Shown: piece after piece, positions 1-9,994 of the stretch
Layout of the letters: each line of letters starts with the position of its first letter
Position numbering within the stretch: the first letter of the stretch is position 1
Source of the DNA: Alphaproteobacteria bacterium
GTDB lineage: Bacteria; Pseudomonadota; Alphaproteobacteria; UBA828
Direction of reading: 5' to 3'
Length of the DNA stretch: 64,000 bases
NCBI GenBank assembly: GCA_963422645.2
Contig: CAXXVO010000007.1
Location: 160,001-224,000 of the forward strand
The notes under the pieces: generated by a model
What the model saw: only the letters and a program-made list of their open reading frames with translations
Databases searched by the model: none
Told to the model about the DNA's origin: nothing
Made by a program: the position numbers and the translations under genes

Positions 1-1
1 T

Positions 2-730
2 ATCGGCGGCATCACCACCGATGTCGGGGTGCTCGCCGGCGGGTTTCCCAGGGAAGCGTCCGCCGAGACCGAGGTCGGCGGAGTCAGGACGAATCTCCGC
101 ATGCCGGACATTGTTTCGGTCGGGCTCGGCGGCGGCAGCAGAGTGAGGAACGGCCGGGACGGGATCGCGGTCGGTCCGGACTCGGTGGGTCTCGCGCTGC
201 TGGAGGAAGCACTGGTGTTCGGCGGCGAGAGCGTCACCGCCACCGATATTGCAGTCGCCATAGGCCGCGTCGACATAGGTCGGAAGGAGAGAACCGGCAC
301 GCTTGAGCGGAAGTTCGTGTCAGGCGCGGCGGCGGCAATTCGATCGATACTCGAGGACGCGATCGACCGGATTGCGGTGTCCAGCACGGCGCTGCCCTTG
401 GTGCTGGTCGGCGGCGGCGCGATCCTCGCCGGGGACGCGCTCCGTGGCGTCTCCGGCATCGTCAAGCCTCCCCATGCAAGCTCGGCCAACGCCGTCGGCG
501 CGGCGATCGCCCAGGTTTCGGGCGAAATCGACCGGGTGGTATCGCTGGACCACACCAGCAGGTGCGCCGCCCTGGCGGAGGCCAAGGAGCAGGCCATGGA
601 GAAGGCGGCTGCTCTTGGCGCCGCGCGCGATACCATCACCGTCGCCGACGTGGAAGAGACTCCGCTCACATATCTTCCCGGCCATGCCACACGGATTCGG
701 GTCAAGGCCGTGGGGGAGCTCGGACGATGA
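2..730 (+). CDS. Hydantoinase/oxoprolinase family protein, C-terminal part (gene begins before the window)
   Basis: Frame open from nt 2: IGGITTDVG, SVGLGGGS, VGPDSVG, TATDIAVA, ANAVGAA motifs. Stop overlaps the next start (ATGA 727-730). Confidence 0.85.
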   Translation: MGGITTDVGVLAGGFPREASAETEVGGVRTNLRMPDIVSVGLGGGSRVRNGRDGIAVGPDSVGLALLEEALVFGGESVTATDIAVAIGRVDIGRKERTGTLERKFVSGAAAAIRSILEDAIDRIAVSSTALPLVLVGGGAILAGDALRGVSGIVKPPHASSANAVGAAIAQVSGEIDRVVSLDHTSRCAALAEAKEQAMEKAAALGAARDTITVADVEETPLTYLPGHATRIRVKAVGELGR

Positions 731-1314
731 CGGCCTGGTGCCTCTCCGAAGCCGACGTTGCGGCCATCGCGCTGGGAGCGGGCGTGCTGGGAACGGGCGG
801 CGGCGGCAACGTGCGCCACGGCTTTCTGCGGGTGCGCGACCAGCTCCGCCAGGGCCGGCGCGTCGAGATCATCGCGGCGGACCGGCTCGGCGCGCGCGAT
901 GCCGTGGTCTTGATCAGCGGCATCGGCGCACCGACGGTGAGCTACGAGAAGCCGGACGCGGGCGACGAGTGCTACCGGGCCTTGCGCGCGGTCGAGGAAC
1001 GCTGCGGCGTGAAGGCGCACGCGCTGATGGCCGCCGAAATCGGCGGCGCCAACGCGATGGAGCCGATGATCGCAGCCGCCATGACCGGCCTGCCGGTGGT
1101 CGACTGCGACGCGATGGGCCGCGCGTTCCCGGAAATGCACATGACGACGCTGGCCATCCACGGCGTCAGCGAGCTTCCCGCAGCCCTCGCCGACGACAAG
1201 GGCAATCTGCTGATGTTCGAAGCCGTGGCCTCGGAGCGCTGGTTCGAGAAGCTGGTGCGGACGGCGACGATTGCCATGGGGTGCACCGCCGTCATGGCCA
1301 GCGCCCCGATCTGA
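727..1314 (+). pseudogene. DUF917 family protein (S-methyl thiohydantoin desulfurase-like), 3'-truncated by deletion
   Basis: GAGVLGTGGGG, IGAPTV, EIGGANAM and DCDAMGRAFPE motifs. Only 195 aa; ends abruptly where permease sequence begins at about 1311. Confidence 0.8.
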
Positions 1315-1550
1315 GCCCCACGCTCACGATCCTCGGCCTGACCTTCGCGTTCTCGCTGACCGGCGCGGTCCTGGTGGAGGTGGTCTTCGCCTGGCCCGGC
1401 CTCGGGCGCTACGTCACCGACGCCATACTCTCCGTGGATTTTCCCGTCATCATGGCGGTCACGCTGATCGGCACCTTGTTCTACGTCCTGGTGAATCTGG
1501 CCGTCGATCTGGTGCAGGCGGCGATCGATCCCCGCATCGAGCTGACATGA
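1311..1550 (+). pseudogene. C-terminal fragment of peptide/nickel ABC permease (DppB/OppB-type)
   Basis: LTGAVLVEVVFAWPGLGRY...DFPVIM...NLAVDLVQAAIDPRI is the typical DppB C-terminus. There is no start or N-terminal part. Confidence 0.85.
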
Positions 1551-2425
1551 CGGATTGGACCTGGACGCGCGAGAGGGCCGGGGCCGGCGTGCAGGCGCTG
1601 CTTGCTTTCGTCTGGCGGGAGCCTGCGGGCGCGCTCAGCTTGCTTGCGATCGTCCTGATCGTCCTCGCGGCGGTCTTCGCGCCCTATCTCACCGATTATG
1701 TGGCCGAGGGCCGGGGCACACCCAACCTCGCCCACAAGCTGCAGCAGCCGTCTGCCGCGCACATTCTCGGCACCGATCACCAGGGGCGCGACCTCTGGGC
1801 CCGCATCCTTTTCGGCGGGCGGGTATCCCTCTCGGTCGCCTTCGTGGTCGTCGGCATCGCCGTCGGGATCGGCACGCCGCTCGGTATCGTGGCGGGTTAC
1901 TACGGCGGCTGGGTGGACGAGGTGGTGATGCGCGTCACCGACGTGTTCCTCGCCTTTCCGCCGCTGCTGCTGGCAATCTACTTCGGCGCGCTGCTTGGCC
2001 CCGGGTTCTTCAACATGGTGGTCGCGATCTCGTTGGGCTGGTGGCCCTGGTATGCCCGCATCGCGCGCGGGCAGGTGGTTTCGCTCAAGCAGCGCCCCTT
2101 TGTCGAGGCTGCCCGGTTCATGGGTGTTGCGGACGTCACGGTGATGCGCCGCCACCTGCTCCCCTTCGTGGTCGCACCGCTTTCCGTGCAGGCTACCCTC
2201 GACGTGGGCCTCGCCATCATCACCGCGTCGGCGCTCTCCTTCCTCGGCCTCGGCATACCGCCGCCGACGCCGGACTGGGGCGAGATGGTGAACGCCGGGC
2301 GCGTCTATTTTCCCGACCGCTGGTGGTACGTCGTGTTCCCGGGACTCGCCATCGTCGCGGTCGCGGTCGCGTTCAGCGTCCTCGGCGACAGTCTTCGCCG
2401 GCTCACCAGGACCACGAGCGTGTGA
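1547..2425 (+). CDS. Peptide ABC transporter permease (DppC/OppC-type)
   Basis: HILGTDHQGRDLWARILFGGRVSL, EAA motif (FVEAARFMG), LSFLGLG-PPTPDWG. ATGA overlap with the upstream fragment. Confidence 0.9.
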   Translation: MTDWTWTRERAGAGVQALLAFVWREPAGALSLLAIVLIVLAAVFAPYLTDYVAEGRGTPNLAHKLQQPSAAHILGTDHQGRDLWARILFGGRVSLSVAFVVVGIAVGIGTPLGIVAGYYGGWVDEVVMRVTDVFLAFPPLLLAIYFGALLGPGFFNMVVAISLGWWPWYARIARGQVVSLKQRPFVEAARFMGVADVTVMRRHLLPFVVAPLSVQATLDVGLAIITASALSFLGLGIPPPTPDWGEMVNAGRVYFPDRWWYVVFPGLAIVAVAVAFSVLGDSLRRLTRTTSV

Positions 2426-3273
2426 TGGCCTACGTCTGCGTCGATAACCTGCATGTCCGCATCGGGACAGGGAGCGGCTCCATCCATGCGGTGCGGGGCG
2501 TGACCCTGAAGATCGACAGGGGCGAGATCCACGGGCTCGCCGGGGAAAGCGGCTCCGGCAAGACGATGACCTGCCTGACGCTGCTCGGCCTGGCGCCGCG
2601 CACGGCCGAGGTCGCCGCCGACCGGCTGGAATTCGACGGCGTCGACCTGCTTCGCGCCGACTGGCGGACCATACGGGGCGCCCGGATCACCATGATCCCC
2701 CAGGACCCGGCCGCCGCCCTCAATCCGGTCTACAGAATTCGCTACCAGATGGAGCGCGTACTCTGCGCGCACACGAGGCTGCGCCGGCGGGAGAGGTCCG
2801 CGCGCGCAATCCGCTTGCTGGAGGACGTCGGCCTGCCCGATCCTGAGCGGGTGATGGCGCTCTATCCTCACCAGATGTCCGGCGGCATGCAGCAGAGGGC
2901 GCTGATCGCGATGGCGCTCGCCGCCGGCGCCGATCTCCTGATCGCGGACGAGGCGACGACCGCGCTCGACGTGACCGTCCAGGCCCAGCTCCTGAACCTG
3001 CTGTCGGCGCTGCGCGCGCGCCACGGGCTGACCATCATCTTCGTCACGCACGACCTGGCGCTCCTCTCCAACTTCTGCGACCGGGCGAGCGTCATGCAGC
3101 ACGGGCGCATCGTCGAAGGCGGCACCGCCGACGCACTGTTCAGGACGCCCGGTCATCCCTATACCCAGGCGCTCCTCGCCGCGGCTCCGGGGCAGTACAG
3201 CCGGGGCATGCGAATCCCGACAGGCCTGGAGGCCGCTGAGCCCCGCCCCATCGGTGGAAGCGATGCGCCTTGA
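2425..3273 (+). CDS. Peptide ABC transporter ATP-binding protein (DppD-type)
   Basis: Walker A GESGSGKT, signature MSGGMQQR, Walker B LLIADEATTALD, HPYTQAL. Confidence 0.9.
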   Translation: MAYVCVDNLHVRIGTGSGSIHAVRGVTLKIDRGEIHGLAGESGSGKTMTCLTLLGLAPRTAEVAADRLEFDGVDLLRADWRTIRGARITMIPQDPAAALNPVYRIRYQMERVLCAHTRLRRRERSARAIRLLEDVGLPDPERVMALYPHQMSGGMQQRALIAMALAAGADLLIADEATTALDVTVQAQLLNLLSALRARHGLTIIFVTHDLALLSNFCDRASVMQHGRIVEGGTADALFRTPGHPYTQALLAAAPGQYSRGMRIPTGLEAAEPRPIGGSDAP

Positions 3274-4072
3274 TATCGAAAGCCTGAACAAGTCCTTCGA
3301 CCTGCCGGGTGGCTTCCTGTGGAGACGGCGCATCGCCGTGCTGCGCGACGTGTCCGTGAATATCGCCAGCGGCGAGGTCCTCGGCCTGGTGGGTGAATCA
3401 GGCAGCGGCAAGACGACACTGGCGCGCTGCATCATGGGGCTCGTCCGGCCCGATAGCGGGGCCGTGCGGCTCGACGGCGCTGAGGCTGCGGGTCTCGGCA
3501 GGCGGGCGCTGCGGCAGTGGCGCCGCGACATGGCCGTGGTCTACCAGAATCCCTTCCTCTCGCTGAATCCGACCATGACCGTCCAGGCCATCGTCGCCGA
3601 GCCCATGCTGGCCAGGGAGCGCATCGCCCGAGCCGCCCTGGGCAACAGGATTTCGGGGCTCCTGGGGGACGTTGGCTTGGGCGACTCCTTACCTGCGGCG
3701 CCGGGTCGGCGCGCTCTCCGGCGGGCAGGCGCAACGGGTGGCGATCGCACGCGCAATCGCCACGCGGCCCCGCTGATCATCCTGGACGAGCCGTCCTCTT
3801 CGCTTGACGTCTCGGTGCAGGCCCAGATCCTGAACCTTCTGGTCGACCTGCAGGCGCGCGACGGCTTCTCGTGCCTCTTCATTACCCACGATCTCGACGT
3901 CGTCCGCTTCGCGACCGATAGAGTGGCGGTGATGGAGAAGGGCGCCATCGTCGAGGTCGGTGATACCGAGCGGGTACTGGACGCGCCTCGGCACGCGTAC
4001 ACCGCGAGGCTCATCGCCGCGACCCCGCGCCTGCCGGCCGGGGCTGGCGTGCGCGGACTGCTCGCGCACTGA
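3263..4072 (+). pseudogene. Peptide ABC ATP-binding protein (DppF-type) with two compensating frameshifts
   Basis: Walker A GESGSGKT and LIILDEP are in frame, but the signature LSGGQAQRVAIARA is encoded in another frame between about 3689 and 3772. Confidence 0.75.
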
Positions 4073-4236
4073 ATGGCCCCGCTGTCCGCACCTGCCGAGA
4101 ATCCCTTACACCACCCTACGCACCTGCGGTACTAACTATCTGACAAAGGGTCGATTTTTCTCCTGACAATTGTTGCAGCGGAACGGATGGCGCAACTCCC
4201 GCTTCCCCGGCTGCAACCGCAAACGGGAGAAAGTTC

Positions 4237-5359
4237 ATGCCCAAGGTCATCCTGACCGACGCCCGCGTCAAGGCGCTTCGGCCACGCAGAACCGCCTTCG
4301 ACATCCGCGACGGCAAACTCGGAGGCTTCGGTGTCCGGGTGCTGCCCTCGGGGCGCAAACGCTTCTTCGTCCATTCCCAGCATCAAGGAGAACGCATCTG
4401 GAAGATCGTCGGCGACGCAGCCGCTATGAGCGTAGACGAAGCGCGGTCGAGTGCCGTGCAAACTATCGCCGCGATCCGGCGGGGAGAGGACCCACCCCGC
4501 GACCCCGCCGACACCCTCTTCGAGGCCGTCGCCGAGACCGTGTTCGAGCGCTACCGGAGGCTCTGGAAGCCGGGAACGCTCGATATCAACCGGTGCTACC
4601 TGAAGAACCAGATCCTGCCCCGCTTCCAGGGACGGCAAGTCGGCGACATCGACCGTCGGGACGTCCGGGACTGGTTCGCATCGCTGCGCGACCCCGGTCG
4701 CCGCCGACCGCTCAATGCCGGTGCTCTCCGTCATCATGAGGGAGGCGGAAGCCATGGGCCTTCGGCCGCAGGGCTCCAACCCCTGCCTTGGCATCCGGCG
4801 CTATCGCCGCAAGGGGCGCGCGCGCTTCCTGTCCGACGAAGAGTTACGCCACCTGGCGGCGAGACTGTCGGCACATGCGGAAACTGCCCCTCGGCAGGTC
4901 GCAGTGGTCCGCCTCCTCCTGCTCACGGGGTGCCGCAAGAGCGAGATCCTGACGCTGCGCTGGTCCGACTACCGCGAGGGGCATCTCTTCCTCCGCGACA
5001 GCAAGACTGGGCCCCGCACCGTCTGGCTGTCGCAGCCCGCCCGACACGTTCTCGACGGGCTGGACCGGACCGGGCAGTGGGTATTCCCGGCGGCGCGCGG
5101 CAAAGGGCCGAGAAACAAGGGCTGGCTCGAAGGGTTCTGGGACACGGTTCGTGCCGAAGCCGGGTTGCGCGGCGTTCGCCTTCACGACCTCCGTCACACC
5201 CATGCCAGCATCGCCCTGCGGCAAGGTGAGACCGTCCTCACCATCGCCAGGCTGCTCGGTCACCGCAACCCGGAAACCACGCTCAAGTACACGCACCTCG
5301 CCGACAAGACGGTGATGGACGCCGCCGAGACCGTCGGCGCTGCGCTGGAGGCCCGAATC
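4237..5359 (+). pseudogene. Tyrosine recombinase/integrase 1 with N-terminal arm-binding domain; frameshift at about 4690, no stop before integrase 2
   Basis: N-terminus LTDARVKAL..IRDGKLGGFGVRVLPSGRK. Catalytic motifs TGCRKSE, SKTG, HDLRH, LLGH..TTLKY lie in the downstream frame. Confidence 0.8.
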
Positions 5360-6499
5360 ATGGCCGGCAGGGAACGCATGCGGCTCGCCGACCGTGCCAT
5401 CGCCCGTCTCCGCCCTCGCGAGCAGGAATTTACGGTCTGGGATAATCAATTTGTCGGCCTCGGGGTTCGGGTCCGGCCCACCGGCGGGCGGAGCTATGTC
5501 CTGTTGGAGAACACCGGCGGGCGGTCGAGGCGGATCTCGCTCGGTCCGGTGTCGCTGAAGACCGTCGCGGAGGTCCGCCGGGAATGCCATACGCGCAAGG
5601 CCGAACCGGAAGCGACCGGAGCACCCAGGCGTGCGGCTCCGCTCTTCCGGGACTTCGTCGAGGGTGCGTGGAAGGAGGCTCATCTCGACGGCTACAAGCC
5701 GTCCACCAGGAAGGGCGTGCGATCCGTGCTCGACCGCCAACTCCTGCCGGCCTTCGGCTCGAAGCCGCTCGACCGCATCTCGCCAACGCACATCGGGCGA
5801 TGGTTCGATCGGTTCAGCCGGAGCGCCCCCGGCAACGCCAATCACGCACTCGATCTTCTCACGCAGATCATCAATTTCGCCATCGCCCGCGGCCACCTCG
5901 AAACCAACCCGGCGTGGGCCGTGGAAAGGAACCCGAGGCGGATGCTCACACGCTTCTTGTCCCGGGAGGAGATATCCCGGCTCCATCACGTCCTGGACAG
6001 GCAGACCCGCAACAGCAGGCGAGAGCAGGCCGATATCATCCGGCTCCTGCTTCTGACCGGATGCCGCAGGAGCGAGATCCTCCGCCTGCGTTGGTTGGAA
6101 GTCGATCGCGACAGGATGGTCCTTGCCGACGGCAAGACCGGGCCAAGGATCGTTCCCCTCAATACCCAGGCCCGGCACATTCTCCAACGCCGACCGAACG
6201 GCGGAAGCCCCTTCGTCTTTCCTTCGCCGAGAGATCCCGACCGGCCCCGCAACCGCAACCTTCCCTTCTGGTATTGCGCCCGGCGCGAGGCGGGCATCGA
6301 GGACGTTCGCCTTCACGATCTGCGCCATACCCATGCCAGTCACGCGGTGATGAACGGCGTGCCAGTGCCGCTGGTCGCGCGGCTGCTCGGCCATTCCGAC
6401 GTGCGCACGACGCTGCGCTACGCCCATCTCGGGGACCGGGAAATCGAGCAAGCGGCCGAGAGGGTCGGGCAGGCCATCGCAGCCCTCTTGCGCACCTAG
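5360..6499 (+). CDS. Tyrosine recombinase/integrase 2 with arm-binding domain
   Basis: ATG 5360 after GGAGG. VWDNQFVGLGVRVRPTGGRSY arm domain; TGCRRSE, GKTG, HDLRH, LLGH..TTLRY catalytic motifs. Confidence 0.85.
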   Translation: MAGRERMRLADRAIARLRPREQEFTVWDNQFVGLGVRVRPTGGRSYVLLENTGGRSRRISLGPVSLKTVAEVRRECHTRKAEPEATGAPRRAAPLFRDFVEGAWKEAHLDGYKPSTRKGVRSVLDRQLLPAFGSKPLDRISPTHIGRWFDRFSRSAPGNANHALDLLTQIINFAIARGHLETNPAWAVERNPRRMLTRFLSREEISRLHHVLDRQTRNSRREQADIIRLLLLTGCRRSEILRLRWLEVDRDRMVLADGKTGPRIVPLNTQARHILQRRPNGGSPFVFPSPRDPDRPRNRNLPFWYCARREAGIEDVRLHDLRHTHASHAVMNGVPVPLVARLLGHSDVRTTLRYAHLGDREIEQAAERVGQAIAALLRT

Positions 6500-6666
6500 A
6501 ATGTGCGCTCGCCGATGCGTGGGGTGTGTTAAGTCAAAGCGGCTCCGCCGTAGAGCCGGACTTGGGGGCGGTGCAGAAACGGTCAGGCCCCAGCCTTTGG
6601 TGAGCGCCGCTTTCAGCGGTCGCGACGCATGGGCGGTCATCTCCGATCCCTTCGGAACCTCGATCC

Positions 6667-7679
6667 GTGACGCCGTTACCGGGCGTGTCCTGGGCGGTAC
6701 CGAAGCAGTTGCCACTCACTAGAAGTCTGTCGGACTTTGGGGTCGGAATCCGATTATGTCCCCCGGCACGGTCCGATAACCGTGCCTGGAACGTAGAAGG
6801 CCGATCAACATCTGGTGTGATCGGAAGCAAAGGGAGAAGCCTTTTGATCGAAACCCACGCCGAAGCCGACGGTTTGAGACTTATCGCGGACGCCCAAGCC
6901 GATGCGCGAAGAGCTCTCATGGCGTCCGCCGACGGAGCCGGAGGCACGTTGGAGATCACCCAGGCGCAGATCAGCCAGCGATTGCAGTTCCAAGAACAGA
7001 AGAGGCACCGGAACATCGCCTCGGCCGTGCGGGAAGCCGCCGCCGAATTGGATGGCGAGACTGTAAGCGACCACGAACCGGATCACGACTGGACAGCGCG
7101 GTTCTTCGAGTACGTCCAGGCCATTTCCTCTGAAGACGTGCGCTCAATCTGGGCCAGGATCCTTGCCGGTGAGGTTCGCGCCCCAGGCGGTGTTTCCATG
7201 CAAACGCTCTCGATCCTCAGGAATCTCTCAAGCAAGCAATCCTCCTTACGGAGGCGATGCGCTATCGCCTTCAGGACTTCATCATCGAGGGCGCATGTCT
7301 TCGATCATCTGACGTCCTGACGGACTACGACTTGACCTTCGAATTCGAGGACCTCGGTCTCTTTCGTTCGCCCATAAACGCCCATCCGATCAGATCCCTT
7401 TCGCTCGGAAACGACGGAACCCGTACCTATATCAACGCCGACCACATCCTTTTCCCTCAAGGTGTCAAGGGCCGCAATCTTGGTATTGAAGGAGTCGTAG
7501 TCCTGAAGCCGCCCGCCATGGAGCTCGCAAATTTCTGTAATCCCAAGTTCCTTGCTGAGCTGGCCAGGCGTCTCTCGGGCAAAGACTGCGTTCTCAGGGC
7601 GGCCCCGATTGAATCGCAATCGACTGATGGTCAGGTAACCTACTTCGAGAACAAAACTCAGGTTGTCGAACCGGCCTAG
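6667..7679 (+). pseudogene. DUF2806-like protein, frameshifted at about 7233, start uncertain
   Basis: EQKRHRNI...DHDWTARFFEYVQAISSEDVRSIWARILAGEVRAPG.VSMQTLSILRNLS. Continues in another frame (AILLTEAMRY...). Visibly more AT-rich than its neighbours. Confidence 0.6.
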
Positions 7680-7685
7680 CCGCTT

Positions 7686-8040
7686 TGTTAACGGCGGAGG
7701 AATAATGCTTCACGCGAAGCGGCCGGGCGGTCCGGTCGCGGCGGCGCAAAATTGCGCCACGTATGGCCCCTTGTCTATTTGGCACGGGGTGGGGGATGTA
7801 CGGCGTGGAGCTCTATGCGGCGGTTCGGCTGGCGGTTGTCGAGGAGGGTCTGAGCCATCACGAAGCCGGGCGGCGGTTCGGGATCGACCGCCGCACGGTG
7901 AAGAAGATGCTGAGCTATTCGTCGCCGCCGGGGTATCGGCGGTCGAGACCGGTTCGGCGGCCCAAGCTGGAAGGGTTCACCGGCATCATCGACGCGATCC
8001 TGGAGGCGGACGCCGATCCGGACGTGCCGCGCAAGCAGCC
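7686..8040 (+). mobile_element. istA: IS21-family remnant: left end plus first ~82 codons of istA
   Basis: TGTTAACGGCGG start with a repeated CGGCGG..(A)AT..GC..CACG motif. ORF from 7796 reads MYGVELYAAVRLAV..GLS..EAGRRFGIDRRTVKKML..PPGYRR..PKL. No catalytic domain or istB. Confidence 0.75.
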
Positions 8041-8287
8041 CTGCGCCAGTTCCGCGACATCGCTTCCGGAGAGCACGTCGGGTAAGAACCGAACGCCGGT
8101 GTGCAGATCTCTCTCGTGCGTTTGCCATCTCCCGTTTCCGACGTATCGCCGGCTCCATCGGACGGGAGACCAGCCACGACTGTTCCGGACCCGCCCTGGG
8201 TCGTTGCCGGCATCGCCGCCTCGAGGCAGAGAGCCGCGGCGAGCGGGCGTTGGGCGCCGGTCACGATGCGATTGGGGAGACACGCCG

Positions 8288-9193
8288 ATGTATGCCGGCA
8301 GGCTCGTCTACATTCCCGCCCTGGCGGCGCTCGGGGCGGTCTACGGCGCCCTCTTCCCGGTCAACAAGATGAGCGCGGAAGCCGGGCTTCCCTATATCGG
8401 CTATGTCTTCTGGTTCTCACTGATCGCCACGATCGGGCTCGCGATCCCGGCCGCGCTGAGGGGCGAGCTGCCGAGGCTCACTATTCCCCACATACGGGTC
8501 TATGCCGTCCTGGGCGGACTCGGCGTCGCAATTCCGGTGCCGCTGCTCACCTTCGTGGCGCCGAAGCTTCCAGTCGGCATCATAACGCTGTTAATGATCC
8601 TGGTGCCGCTGCTCACCTATCTGCTGTCCTATCTGGCCCGCATCGAGCGCTTTCGCCTGTCCGGGGTCATCGGGGTGCTGTTCGGCCTCGGGGGCATGCT
8701 GTTGATCCTGATCCCCGAGGTCAGCCTGCCGTCGCGGGACATGGTGGGCTGGGTGCTGCTGGGGCTGGTGGCGCCGGTCTGCTTCGCCGCCACCAACACA
8801 CTGGCGGTCTATCTCCGGCCTCCGGCCTCGCCGGCGCTGACGATGGCGACGGGCATGTCGGCCTGCGCCACGTTGATGCTGGCGCCGGTCATGGTCGGCA
8901 CCGGGCATGCCTACCTCTTTCCCGGGCCCGGCACCGCGGGCATGCTGGTTGTGCTCTACGCTGCGGCGATCACGGCGGTGACAATGGTCGGCTGGTTCGT
9001 GCTGGTGCGCATCATCGGCGCGGTCTACTTCTCGCAGTTCAACTACTTCATCGTTCTGAGCGGCTTCGGCTGGGGCGTTCTGCTATTCGACGAACATCAC
9101 GGCGTCTATGTCTGGGCGGCCACCGGCCTGACCTTCATCGGCCTCGCCGTCTTCACCCGCGGCGCGCACATCGAGGGCCGCGCAGACGCGTAG
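8288..9193 (+). CDS. DMT/EamA family transporter
   Basis: About 10 hydrophobic segments in two repeats. RBS GGGGAG precedes ATG 8288. Confidence 0.85.
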   Translation: MYAGRLVYIPALAALGAVYGALFPVNKMSAEAGLPYIGYVFWFSLIATIGLAIPAALRGELPRLTIPHIRVYAVLGGLGVAIPVPLLTFVAPKLPVGIITLLMILVPLLTYLLSYLARIERFRLSGVIGVLFGLGGMLLILIPEVSLPSRDMVGWVLLGLVAPVCFAATNTLAVYLRPPASPALTMATGMSACATLMLAPVMVGTGHAYLFPGPGTAGMLVVLYAAAITAVTMVGWFVLVRIIGAVYFSQFNYFIVLSGFGWGVLLFDEHHGVYVWAATGLTFIGLAVFTRGAHIEGRADA

Positions 9194-9340
9194 ATCGCAG
9201 GAGATACCGGCCCCGCAGCACCACCGTCTCGCCGGTGGCGTGTTTGCGGTTCACCGATTTTTGCGGAGCCGTTCAGCTTCCGATACGTTGATTCGAAGAC
9301 CGGACGACGAGAGCTTCGACTTTTTTCGCGGAGGCGCCTG

Positions 9341-9745
9341 ATGATCGGTTATGTAACCCTTGGCTCGAACGACATTGCCCGCACCGGTGAGTTCTACGAT
9401 GCGCTGCTCGGCGAGATCGGCGCGACGCGGCAGATAGAAGGAGAGACCTTTGTCGCTTGGTCGGTGACCCCCGGCACTCCGATGCTGTGGGTCATCAAAC
9501 CCTTCGATGGCACGCCGGCGAGTGTCGGCAACGGCGTCATGGTGGCCCTCGCGGTCGACTCGAAGGATCATGTGGAGCGCCTGCACGCGAAGGCGCTCAG
9601 TCTGGGCGCCAGTGACGAAGGCGCCCCGGGGCTGCGCGGCGATACCTTCTACGGCGCCTACTTCCGCGACCCTGATGGGAACAAGCTGGCGGTGTTCGAC
9701 AAAACAGTCATGGTCCCCGCGGTTCTGAGCCACCCCGTGGCATGA
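9341..9745 (+). CDS. VOC/glyoxalase family protein; native last 4 codons displaced to 13240-13254 by IS110 insertion
   Basis: MIGYVTLGSND..FYDALL, PFDG.PASVGNG.MVAL, GASDEGAPGLR..FYGAYFRDPDGNKL. Confidence 0.9.
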   Translation: MIGYVTLGSNDIARTGEFYDALLGEIGATRQIEGETFVAWSVTPGTPMLWVIKPFDGTPASVGNGVMVALAVDSKDHVERLHAKALSLGASDEGAPGLRGDTFYGAYFRDPDGNKLAVFDKTVMVPAVLSHPVA

Positions 9746-9811
9746 AACAGGAGCGGTTCGGCTGACGTTTTCCTTGCGCTTGCACCCATTTGCCGTGTCA
9801 GGATGGGTATT

Positions 9812-9994
9812 GGCGGAGGTGGGGACGTGTGAGCGTCGTTATATCGGTGACGTAGTTCCCGATGACAAAACTGCTTCCGGCGGCCGGCTCCGCACCCCGT
9901 ATTGTACCCGGCCCGTGGCCGTGGACGCGCGGCAAATTGCACCGCACCCGCTCGTCGGATGCGTGTTCTTCCGACCGCTGTCCCCGCCTCCACC
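9812..9994 (+). ncRNA. Candidate IS110 bridge RNA in the left non-coding end (second copy 11580-11762)
   Basis: Closing stem 9812-9827/9979-9994, internal hairpins, and short matches to the donor junction and target (see findings). Confidence 0.5.

Noticed and set aside
6501-6722. Small ORF after the integrases
   Set aside because: No recognisable motif or RBS; possibly a gene remnant.
7763-9193. 476-aa ORF as an HTH-transporter fusion
   Set aside because: Chance in-frame join of an istA remnant, non-coding sequence and a DMT gene that has its own RBS and ATG at 8288.
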